A stretch of 47,898 bases of DNA from an uncultured Anaerolineaceae bacterium (lineage in GTDB: Bacteria; Chloroflexota; Anaerolineae; Anaerolineales; E44-bin32), in assembly GCA_964448245.1 (NCBI GenBank), contig CAYUWF010000004.1, positions 1-47,898 on the forward strand, given 5' to 3'. Below, in pieces: positions 34,387-42,025 of this stretch. The translations under genes and the position numbers were made by a program. Position 1 is the stretch's first letter; each line of letters begins with the position of its first letter. Under the pieces are notes generated by a model. It was not told the DNA's origin. It searched no databases and was given only the letters and a program-made list of their open reading frames with translations.

Positions 34387-35748
34387 GTGGAGCCTACCGA
34401 CATCGACGCCACCCTGGACAAGATCCGGCAAGCCCTCGAGACCAACCGCGTCGAGGAGGCGATCGCGGCGTTGATCCGCCTTCGCCCCGCCGATCGCGCC
34501 GAGGCCTTCGCCGACCTTCCCGAGGACGATCAGGCCGCCCTGCTGCCTCGCCTCGACATCCCGACGACGGCCGACATGCTCGAAGAGCTGGATGACACCG
34601 ATGCGGCCGACGCCGCCCGGATCCTCGCGCCGGATCGCCTGGCCGAAGTCCTCGACGAGATGGAGCCGGATCAGGCGGCCGACATCCTCGGCGATCTCTC
34701 ACCCGCCCGCGCCGCCCGCGCCCTGGCCGACATGGAGGACGCCGACGACGTCCTCCCGCTGCTCGGGCATCCTGACGAGTCGGCCGGCGGGCTGATGACG
34801 ACCGACTACATCGCCCTGCGGCGCTTCACCACCGCCGCGCAGGCCCTGGAGTTCCTGCGGGATGTGGCGCTGGACCAGAGCACGCCCTACTACCTGTACG
34901 TCGTCGACCGCGATCGGAGACTGCTGGGGGTCGTCGGGCTGCGTGAGTTGATCACCGCCAATCCGGACATGGTGGCGGAAGACCTGATGAAACCGGACGT
35001 CATGCATGTCACGACCCGCACCGACCAGGAAGACGTCGCCCGGATCATCGCCCGTTACAACCTGGCGGCGATCCCCGTTGTGGATGAGCACGGGGTGCTG
35101 CAGGGCGTCGTCACCCACGACGACGTCCTCGACGTCATGCAGGCCGAGACCACGGAGGACGCGTTGCACTTCGGCGCCATCGAGTCCGGCCCGATCAGCG
35201 ACCGCCCGTACTGGTCCCAGAAGATCTCCCAGGTCTTCCGTTCCCGGTTCGGCTGGCTGCTGGTGCTGTTCGTCGCCGAGACGCTCACCGGGACGGTCCT
35301 GCGGCACTTCTCGGGCGAGCTCGAGGCCGTCCTGTCGCTGGCGTTCTTCGTGCCGCTCATCATCGGAACGGGCGGGAATGCCGGCAGCCAGACCGTGACG
35401 ACCGTCGTGCGGGCGCTTGCCCTCAAGGAGGTGACCCGCGGGGACGCCCTGCGAGTCCTCGGTCGTGAGGTCATCACCGCCATCTTGCTCGGCCTGGCGC
35501 TGGGCGTCGTGGCCTTCGCCCGTGTCCAGCTCTGGGGGGTCGGCGTCGAGATGGCGGTCGTCGTCGGGCTGACGATCATCGTTGTCGTCTTGTGGGCTAA
35601 CATCGTCGGCTCGCTCATCCCAATCTTGGCCGACTCGGTCGGCATCGACCCGACGGTCATGTCGGCCCCGCTCCTGGCGACGCTGGTCGACGCCACCGGC
35701 CTCATGATCTACTTCACGATCGCCGCCCTGATCCTGACCCAGGTTTGA
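34387..35748 (+). CDS. mgtE: Magnesium transporter MgtE
   Basis: MgtE N-domain, tandem CBS (..VVDRDRRLLGVVGLREL.., ..VVDEHGVLQGVVTHDDV..), and a TM domain with GTGGNAGSQ. Confidence 0.95.
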   Translation: MEPTDIDATLDKIRQALETNRVEEAIAALIRLRPADRAEAFADLPEDDQAALLPRLDIPTTADMLEELDDTDAADAARILAPDRLAEVLDEMEPDQAADILGDLSPARAARALADMEDADDVLPLLGHPDESAGGLMTTDYIALRRFTTAAQALEFLRDVALDQSTPYYLYVVDRDRRLLGVVGLRELITANPDMVAEDLMKPDVMHVTTRTDQEDVARIIARYNLAAIPVVDEHGVLQGVVTHDDVLDVMQAETTEDALHFGAIESGPISDRPYWSQKISQVFRSRFGWLLVLFVAETLTGTVLRHFSGELEAVLSLAFFVPLIIGTGGNAGSQTVTTVVRALALKEVTRGDALRVLGREVITAILLGLALGVVAFARVQLWGVGVEMAVVVGLTIIVVVLWANIVGSLIPILADSVGIDPTVMSAPLLATLVDATGLMIYFTIAALILTQV

Positions 35749-36769
35749 TGCCGCCTTCGCTTTTGATCGTCATTAGGGCGGGCGGGGTTCCGCCCGCCGC
35801 CGGCAGTCCGAGCTCGACCGGGCCCTGCGCCGCGCCGGCCTGGAATGCGAGCGGGTCGAGACGACCGGCCCGCGGCATGCCGAGCATCTGGCGCAGGAGG
35901 CCTGTCGCAGCGGCCGGACGATCCTCGTCACCGGCGGCAATGGACCCATCGGCGAAGTGCTAAATGGAATGGCCCTTGCCGGTCCGCAAGATGTCCTCGG
36001 CCCGGTCGGCCTCCTCCCGCTAGGAACGGCCAACGACCTCGTGCACAACCTCGGACTTCCAACGGACCTCGAGGCTTCGGCGGCCGCCATCGTTTCCGGT
36101 CGGACGCGGCGGATCGATCTGGGCCAGGCCAACGAATGGGTCTTAGCCAACCACTCGGCCGTCGGGCTCGAACCTGTCGTCACCCGGTACAACATCCGCA
36201 TGGTGCGCTGGCGCGGCCTGCTGCGTTGCCTGGTGGCGGCGCTGCGCGCCATCAACGACAAGCCGGCCTGGCAGATGCGCCTAGGTTGGGACGACGGTTC
36301 CTACGACGGGCCGATCAGCCTGGTGTCGGCGGGCAACGGGGTCGTGACCGGCGGCCTCTTCCGCATGGCGCCGGCGGCCGTGCCGGACGACCGCCGGCTG
36401 ACCTTCGTTTTCGGTTTGGCGCCGACCCGGCGCAAGAGGCTCAGCCTGCTCCCGCGCACGATCTCGGGCAGCTTCGTCAACGACCCCGGCATCCAGCAGC
36501 ACCACACCACGCGCTTGACGCTCGACTCGACCACTCCCACGCCGATCCAAGTCGACGGCGAGGTCCGCGCCGAGGCCATTCGCCAGGTGACCTACCGTCG
36601 TCCCGCCGCTACCCCCCGACCCCCTCTCCGCGGACAAGGCTCGGGTGCGCAAGCGCCATGGCCGAGAGGCCCTCCGCTTCGCTACGGGCGGCTCCGCGCG
36701 GGGCGGAGGTCTGGGGATTGGGGGCTTGACGCCATAGCCATTTTTCCGCATGGGGAGTTGCCGGTGTGA
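35748..36769 (+). pseudogene. Diacylglycerol/lipid kinase family gene (YegS/DagK-like) with an apparent 1-nt frameshift near the 5' end
   Basis: Frame 1 gives MPPSLLIVIRAGG. Frame 3 continues GSARRRQSELDRALRRAGLECERVETTG..ILVTGGNGPIGEVLNGMA..LLPLGTANDL... Frame 3 has no canonical start before GTG 35957. The ATG 35748 overlaps the mgtE stop. Confidence 0.6.
36612..36752 (+). repeat. Decayed short-variant copy of the structured repeat, inside the 3' end of the lipid-kinase ORF
   Basis: CCCCCCGACCCCCTCTCCGC.. and ..GAGAGGCCCTCCGCTTCGCTACGGGCGGCTCCGCGCGGGGCGGAGGTCTGGGG.. are nearly identical to copy D (46430-46505). The 3' end is degenerate (..GCCATTTTTCCGCA). Confidence 0.55.
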
Positions 36770-37419
36770 ACTCTGGGGCGGTACCTTACGGCGTCTGGCG
36801 CTTCTTGCGCTGGTTCTTCCTCCACCTCTACACCGACCTGGCTTGGTCCTATGATGCGGTTGCCTGGCTCAGCTCCTTCGGAGGCTGGTCTTCCTGGCGT
36901 CGCACGGCGCTGGATCGGGTTTCACCGAGCTCGACGGTGCTGGAGGTCGGGTTCGGCACAGGCCATCTGCTGGCCGAGGCGTCCCAATATGACGTCCGCC
37001 TCTTCGGGGTCGATGCTTCGCCCCAGATGGTTCGCATCACCGCGCGGCGGCTGCGCCGCGCCGGACTTCCCCTCGCCATCGCCCGGGCCGAAGCTCAGGC
37101 GTTGCCGTTCCCGCGCCACGCGTTTCCTGCGGCGCTCTCGACCTTTCCCAGCGAATACATCTTCGACGAGGCTTCGCTGGCAGATATTCGCCGCGTGCTT
37201 ACCCCGGGGGCGTCCCTCGTCGTAGTGGTTTCCGCCCGGATTCTCCCCCGGTCTCTATGGGAGTACGTCATCCGATGGCTCTACGACAAGACAGGCCAGT
37301 CGCCCGGGCCAGACCCCCGATACCTCGAGCCGTTCCATCGGGCCGGCTTCGCCGCGCACTACGAAACCGTCGAAGTGCCGGGAGCGTCGGTCCTGCAAAT
37401 CATCGCGCGCGCGCCATAG
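36766..37419 (+). CDS. Class I SAM-dependent methyltransferase (Methyltransf_11-like)
   Basis: Motif I VLEVGFGTGH, ..GVDASPQMV.., ..LTPGASLVVVV... The GTG 36766 overlaps the upstream stop (GTGA). Confidence 0.8.
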   Translation: MNSGAVPYGVWRFLRWFFLHLYTDLAWSYDAVAWLSSFGGWSSWRRTALDRVSPSSTVLEVGFGTGHLLAEASQYDVRLFGVDASPQMVRITARRLRRAGLPLAIARAEAQALPFPRHAFPAALSTFPSEYIFDEASLADIRRVLTPGASLVVVVSARILPRSLWEYVIRWLYDKTGQSPGPDPRYLEPFHRAGFAAHYETVEVPGASVLQIIARAP

Positions 37420-37450
37420 CTCCCCGCGAGCTTGAAGCTCGCGGGGAGCT
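37418..37450 (+). terminator. Perfect 15-bp hairpin after the methyltransferase gene
   Basis: AGCTCCCCGCGAGCT (37418-37432), TGA loop, AGCTCGCGGGGAGCT (37436-37450). There is no T-tract, so intrinsic-terminator function is uncertain. Confidence 0.5.
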
Positions 37451-37512
37451 CGGAAACCCGCACACCTGCCCTCCTGGCAGGACACCGGGACGGTGTGGCG
37501 GGCGGTGCCGGA

Positions 37513-37522
37513 GTGCTACAAT
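37513..37522 (+). promoter_or_regulatory. Extended -10 element immediately upstream of trmI
   Basis: GTGCTACAAT, with TACAAT at 37517-37522. The ATG at 37529 lies 7 nt downstream of the -10, which implies a leaderless or near-leaderless mRNA. Confidence 0.5.
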
Positions 37523-37528
37523 CGCCTC

Positions 37529-38356
37529 ATGAACGGCGCTCGACTGACGCATGACGGCGACCTCGTCCAGCTGATCGACACCAAGAACAAGCCGTTCATC
37601 TTCCGCTTGCAGGCCGGCCAGGAATTGCAGACGCACCGCGGCGTGGTCCGTCACGCCGATCTAACCGGCATTCCCTGGGGCACCCGTGTCGCCAGCCATC
37701 TCGGCCAGCCGTTCTTCATCCTCAGCCCCACCCTCCACGATCTGCTGCTCCACCTGCCGCGCCAGTCGCAGATCGTTTTCCCCAAGGAGGTCGGCTACAT
37801 CCTCCTGCGCCTGTCCGTCGGCTCCGGCGCGCGTCTCATCGAGGCCGGCACCGGTTCGGGCGCGCTGACCCTGGCGCTCGCCTGGGCGGTCGGGCCGGAA
37901 GGTCATGTCTACTCCTACGATCGGCGCGGCGACATGCAGGCCCTTGCCCTTCGCAACCTGGCCCGAGTCGGTTTGGAGAGGAGGGTGACCTTCCGCGAAC
38001 GGCCCGTCGAGGAGGGCTTCGCCGAGGCGGATGTTGATGCGCTCTTCCTCGACCTGCCCGATCCGCACCTGGTCTTGCCCCAGGTGCGTCAGGCGCTCCG
38101 TCCCGGGTCTCCCTTCGGGGCGATTCTTCCGACGGTAAATCAAATCGCCTCGCTGCTGGCGGCGATGGAGGTCAACGAGTTCGCCTTCGCCGAGGTCTGC
38201 GAGATCCTGCTCCGCTTCTACAAGACGGTCCCTCAGCGCCTGCGCCCCCTCGACCGGATGGTGGCCCACACTGGCTACCTGGTCTTCGCCCGGCCGCTGG
38301 CGCCCGGTGCCAGCCCCCCGCCGGCCGACGGTTGGGCGACGGCCGAGGCCGTCTAG
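37529..38356 (+). CDS. trmI: tRNA (adenine58-N1)-methyltransferase TrmI/GCD14 family
   Basis: ..IVFPKEVGYILLRL.., SAM motif ..LIEAGTGSGALTLALA.., ..ALFLDLPDP.., ..HTGYLVFARP... Confidence 0.9.
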   Translation: MNGARLTHDGDLVQLIDTKNKPFIFRLQAGQELQTHRGVVRHADLTGIPWGTRVASHLGQPFFILSPTLHDLLLHLPRQSQIVFPKEVGYILLRLSVGSGARLIEAGTGSGALTLALAWAVGPEGHVYSYDRRGDMQALALRNLARVGLERRVTFRERPVEEGFAEADVDALFLDLPDPHLVLPQVRQALRPGSPFGAILPTVNQIASLLAAMEVNEFAFAEVCEILLRFYKTVPQRLRPLDRMVAHTGYLVFARPLAPGASPPPADGWATAEAV

Positions 38357-38383
38357 TTTCAGGCCGGCGCCGGTCGTCGTCGG

Positions 38384-38968
38384 ATGGCACTCGATCTCCC
38401 GCAACGCCTCGAGGTCACCCTCCACGGCCGGACACCCGGCGTCGCCGCGGAGTGGGCCGCGCGCCCGGCAGCCGTCCTGGTGTCGCTCGTACGGCACGAC
38501 GCCCGATGGCACCTGCTTTTCACCCGGCGCACCGAAAACGTCGAGACTCACCGGGGCCAGGTTTCCTTCCCCGGCGGGAGGGTGGAAGCCGAGGACGCCG
38601 ACGCCGTGGCCGCTGCGCTGCGCGAGGCCGAAGAAGAGATCGGCATCCGGCCTTCAGACGTGCGCGTCCTGGGGCAAATGGACTCGCTGCTGACCGTCAC
38701 GCAATACCTCATCACGCCGATCGTCGGAGTCCTCCCCTGGCCCTACCCCCTTCGACCGGATCCGGTCGAGGTTGCCGGCGTCTTCCTCATCCCGCTCGAG
38801 TGGCTCGCCGACCCGGCCCACCTCGAGACCCGAACGCGCCAGCCCCTCGCCGGCGGCCCGGACGTCCCGGTCTACAGCTACGCGCCGTACGAAGGCAACG
38901 TTCTGTGGGGAGCCTCGGCGCGGATCACCCTCGACCTGCTGAACCTGCTTGGCCTGCGCCAGCCGTGA
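38384..38968 (+). CDS. Nudix hydrolase, CoA pyrophosphatase type
   Basis: Nudix box GGRVEAEDADAVAAALREAEEEIGI, preceded by LLFTRRTENVETHRGQVSFPGG (CoA-pyrophosphatase signature). Confidence 0.88.
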   Translation: MALDLPQRLEVTLHGRTPGVAAEWAARPAAVLVSLVRHDARWHLLFTRRTENVETHRGQVSFPGGRVEAEDADAVAAALREAEEEIGIRPSDVRVLGQMDSLLTVTQYLITPIVGVLPWPYPLRPDPVEVAGVFLIPLEWLADPAHLETRTRQPLAGGPDVPVYSYAPYEGNVLWGASARITLDLLNLLGLRQP

Positions 38969-38974
38969 AAGAGA

Positions 38975-38998
38975 AGGGAGCGGCGCGAGCCGCTCCCT
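38975..38998. terminator. Hairpin between convergent Nudix and rplY genes
   Basis: 10-bp stem AGGGAGCGGC / GCCGCTCCCT with a GCGA loop. Confidence 0.6.
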
Positions 38999-39021
38999 CG
39001 ATTCGCACAACAGGCTCCGTC

Positions 39022-39747
39022 CTACTTCGACGGAGACTCTCTCTTTCCCGGCTGCTTCTTGGCCGGAGACTCCTTCTTCGCCGAAGGCGTCTCGTCCCCG
39101 ATCTCTTCGTCTTCCTTCTTGCCGCGCCCGATGATCTCGGGCTCGGGCGCCACGGCCACCGTCGGCGCCACTACTTCCTCGAGTTTCTCTTCGACCTGGT
39201 AGATCACCCGGGCGACGACGGCTTGAGGGTCGGTCAGGAGGCGCACGCCCTTGCCCAGGAACAGGTCGCCGACCATGATGCGTGCTTCCATCGTCGCCAG
39301 CGACTCGAGGTCGACGGCGATGTACGACGGCAGGTCCTGCGGCAGCGCCTCGACTTCGATCTCGGAGACGCCGGTGACCATCACACCACCGAAGATCTTG
39401 ACCGCCAGCGCTTCGCCAGTGAGCTCGAGCGGGACCGTGGTACGAATGGCGACGTCCAACGCCACCTTCATCAGATCGACGTGCTCCACGATCCGCCTCA
39501 GCGGATGCCGCTGAAGCTCGCGGACCAAGACCTTGTGCGTCTGGCCGCTGAGCTCGAGTTCCAACAGCGTCGAAGCGCTGGCCTGCTCCAGGACGCGCGT
39601 CGCCGCCAGCGACTCCATTTCGATGGCGACCGGCTCGGTGCCGCGCCCGTAGAGGATCCCCGGCATCTGGCCGGCACGGCGCAGGGCGCCAACTTGCTTG
39701 CCTATCACCGTCCGGGGTCTCGCCTGCAGAACTCGGTTCTCCGCCAT
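39022..39747 (-). CDS. rplY: 50S ribosomal protein L25 / general stress protein Ctc
   Basis: ..RPRTVIGKQVGALRRAGQMPGILYG.. L25 N-domain, a Ctc-type C-domain, and an acidic/lysine-rich tail. Confidence 0.92.
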   Translation of the reverse strand: MAENRVLQARPRTVIGKQVGALRRAGQMPGILYGRGTEPVAIEMESLAATRVLEQASASTLLELELSGQTHKVLVRELQRHPLRRIVEHVDLMKVALDVAIRTTVPLELTGEALAVKIFGGVMVTGVSEIEVEALPQDLPSYIAVDLESLATMEARIMVGDLFLGKGVRLLTDPQAVVARVIYQVEEKLEEVVAPTVAVAPEPEIIGRGKKEDEEIGDETPSAKKESPAKKQPGKRESPSK

Positions 39748-39825
39748 TCGTTTCTCCCTTGGGCGCCTCTCACCCGCGTGCCGGGTTACCCTCGCCCGAT
39801 CGATTCCAGCCCCCGGATCTCTGCT

Positions 39826-40311
39826 TCACTTCCGGCGCAGCAAGAGACTCCCGCCGATCAACATCAGTCCGAGAACGGCCCCAGCCATGATCCCGGCCAC
39901 GGCCGCGCCACGCGTGTCCAGTACCGTCTCGACATCGCCGTAGACCTCGCGCGCCAGCAAGATCAACGTGCTGCTTTGATCCAGATGAGCGGTCTCGGCG
40001 ACGGTCAGGCCGATGCGCGAGGCGTGCAGCCGAGCGTCCTGCGCCACGGCTCCCCCGACGAAGCTCTGGTCAATGCCGATTTCATCAGCGCGGGCGGCGA
40101 TGATGGCCGACTGGTGGGCCACCAAGCTCTCGGCGTCGATACGGCCGGCCGCCGCCTGCCGCAATTCGACCTCGGTCGCCAAGATGCGGTTGGCGCCGCC
40201 TTGCTGGATAAGGACCGTGACCGCCTCGACCGTCTCGACGGTGCCGCCGTCGAGGTGGATGACATTCCCCTCGATCGCCTCGAGCCCCTCGACGTCCGCT
40301 GTCTCACTCAA
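39826..40311 (-). CDS. Hypothetical tail-anchored protein with repetitive (possibly beta-helical) N-terminal region
   Basis: Balanced composition, a C-terminal TM helix AAVAGIMAGAVLGLMLIGGSLLL followed by RRK, a TTG start with GAGGTG upstream, and a strong promoter 60-85 nt upstream. Confidence 0.55.
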   Translation of the reverse strand: MSETADVEGLEAIEGNVIHLDGGTVETVEAVTVLIQQGGANRILATEVELRQAAAGRIDAESLVAHQSAIIAARADEIGIDQSFVGGAVAQDARLHASRIGLTVAETAHLDQSSTLILLAREVYGDVETVLDTRGAAVAGIMAGAVLGLMLIGGSLLLRRK

Positions 40312-40368
40312 TCGGCACCTCGCCCGGAAGGCATCGTCCGCATCGCCGGCCCGTTCGCCAGCCGACGC

Positions 40369-40397
40369 ATTCTAATCGGCCCAGACGCGCCCGTCAA
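40369..40397 (-). promoter_or_regulatory. Consensus-like sigma70 promoter
   Basis: Minus strand: -35 TTGACG (40392-40397), 17-nt spacer, -10 TAGAAT (40369-40374). Confidence 0.65.
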
Positions 40398-40415
40398 TAC
40401 AACCGATTCCGTGGA

Positions 40416-40649
40416 TAGAAGGCTACTGAAAAAGCCTGTTTCCATCTCACCCCCCGACCCCCTCTCCGCCGGCAGCGCCCGAGCAAGAGCGGAATCGTGG
40501 CGGAGAGGGGCAGAAGCTCTGGGGCCTCCCCCTGCAGGAATCTCCAGGGCCATGAGCCCAAGCGGGTGCAGGGGGAGCCCCTTCGGGATGCTTCGCGAGG
40601 GTCAGGGGTGGGGGTTTGACGGCGGTCGCTATTTTCCAGCAACCTGATA
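40416..40649 (+). mobile_element. MITE-like structured repeat, copy C (long variant)
   Basis: TA-GAAGGCTACTGAAAAAGCCTGTTTCCATCTCACCCCCCGACCCCCTCTCCGCC ... GGGGTGGGGGTTTGACGGCGGTCGCTATTTTCCAGCAACCTGA-TA. Lies in a divergent intergenic region. Confidence 0.75.
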
Positions 40650-40719
40650 CTGGTCGGTGGTCCGTGGAGCCCGTTTTTTGACCGCGCTCTCCACCGGCTG
40701 CTGGCCATTGCCGAGTCGA

Positions 40720-40728
40720 TGTTAGAAT
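40720..40728 (+). promoter_or_regulatory. Extended -10 element (TGTTAGAAT)
   Basis: TG 40720-40721, TAGAAT 40723-40728. The -35 is weak. About 45 nt upstream of ATG 40774. Confidence 0.4.
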
Positions 40729-40773
40729 GACCGATTGCCCTGGCTTCGAGAGGAAGGCCTGAGGAAGCGGGTG

Positions 40774-41433
40774 ATGCGCGTGCTGGTTATCGTGCTGTTC
40801 GCGGCCTTTATTCCGCCGACGGCGCGCGCCGTGGCCCAGGCGCCGGGTTATGCCGAGATCACCTCCCCGACGGCCGGCCAGGCGCTGCTGGGGCTGATCT
40901 CGATCGACGGAAGCGCCGATCACCCATCGTTCGTGCGCTACGATCTCGCGTTCGCCTACGATCCGAACCCGACCGAGACGTGGTACCCCCTGGGAGGCCC
41001 GATCCGGACCAGGGCGAGGCAAAGCACCCTCGGCCTGTGGGACACATCAGAGCTCAGCCCGGGCATTTACCAATTGCGCCTGCAGGTTTTCCTGGACCGC
41101 GGGGCCGTCCTGGAGGACGTCGCCGGCGGTCTGCGCGTCGGCCTCCCGGCCTTAGTCCCCCTCTCCACCGCAACCCCAGCGGCGACAACGCCCACCGCCC
41201 TGGCGGCGCCGACCACCAGGCCGCTTCCGGCGCAGTCCGGCCGCGCACCGGCTGCCGATCCCGTGGCGTTGGCCGTCGGCATCGGCGGATTAATGGCCGC
41301 CGCCTTCCTGATCATCCTGGCCGCTTACCTTCCCTTGCGGCGAGGCCTGGCGCTTTGGGCCGGGAACCTGCGCATGCGACGCGTCCTCCGTCAGGATTCT
41401 CGGCGCCGAAGGCGCGAGCGAGGCGGTCCTTGA
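40774..41433 (+). CDS. Hypothetical secreted/membrane-anchored protein (signal peptide, Ig-like domain, Thr/Pro/Ala linker, C-terminal TM)
   Basis: MRVLVIVLFAAFIPPTARAVAQA signal-like N-terminus, a C-terminal helix LAVGIGGLMAAAFLIILAAYL, and an Arg-rich tail. GAGGAAG RBS before GTG 40771 / ATG 40774. Confidence 0.6.
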   Translation: MRVLVIVLFAAFIPPTARAVAQAPGYAEITSPTAGQALLGLISIDGSADHPSFVRYDLAFAYDPNPTETWYPLGGPIRTRARQSTLGLWDTSELSPGIYQLRLQVFLDRGAVLEDVAGGLRVGLPALVPLSTATPAATTPTALAAPTTRPLPAQSGRAPAADPVALAVGIGGLMAAAFLIILAAYLPLRRGLALWAGNLRMRRVLRQDSRRRRRERGGP

Positions 41434-42020
41434 CCGAGGCCAGGTCCGCCGTCTACCTCTTCGCCGGGCTCGGGAACCCAGGTCGTCGCTACCGCCTCAA
41501 CCGGCACAACATCGGCTTCATGGTTCTCGACGCGCTGGCCCGGCAGATCGAGGCGCGCTTCACGCGGCACCAGTCCCAGGCCCTGCTCACCGACGGTCAT
41601 CTCGAAGGCGCGCGCGTCTACCTGGTCAAGCCCCAGGCCTTCATGAACCTCGCCGGCTCTTCCGTCGGTCCGTTGGCGCGCTACTACCGGGTGCCGATCC
41701 CCGCAGTCGTCGTTGTGTACGACGATCTGGACCTGCCGCTGGGCTCGCTGCGCTTGCGCGGTGGCGGCGGTTCCGGAGGCCATCGGGGCATGGAGTCGAT
41801 CATCGCTGCCCTCGGCGAGGATTCGTTCCCGAGGCTGCGCCTGGGCATCGGCCGCCCGCCGGGGCGGATGGACCCTGCCGACTTCGTCCTGGAGGACTTT
41901 CACGATGAGGAGGCGGAGGCGGTTCAGGTCGCCATCACCCGCGCCACCGATTGCCTGCGCGAATTGATCGGCAGCGGCCTGGAGCGCGCCATGACAAAGT
42001 TCAACACGGGGGCGGAGTAG
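41430..42020 (+). CDS. pth: Peptidyl-tRNA hydrolase
   Basis: ..YLFAGLGNPGRRYRLNRHNIGFMV.., ..VVYDDLDLPLG.., ..GGSGGHRGMESI... The TTG 41430 start overlaps the upstream stop. Confidence 0.9.
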   Translation: MTEARSAVYLFAGLGNPGRRYRLNRHNIGFMVLDALARQIEARFTRHQSQALLTDGHLEGARVYLVKPQAFMNLAGSSVGPLARYYRVPIPAVVVVYDDLDLPLGSLRLRGGGGSGGHRGMESIIAALGEDSFPRLRLGIGRPPGRMDPADFVLEDFHDEEAEAVQVAITRATDCLRELIGSGLERAMTKFNTGAE

Positions 42021-42025
42021 AAGCG

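Noticed and set aside
38332-40647. 771-aa plus-strand ORF spanning the Nudix gene (other frame), rplY, the tail-anchored gene and repeat C
   Set aside because: It crosses three independently supported genes and a repeat. It is Arg/Pro/Gly-rich and has no motifs.
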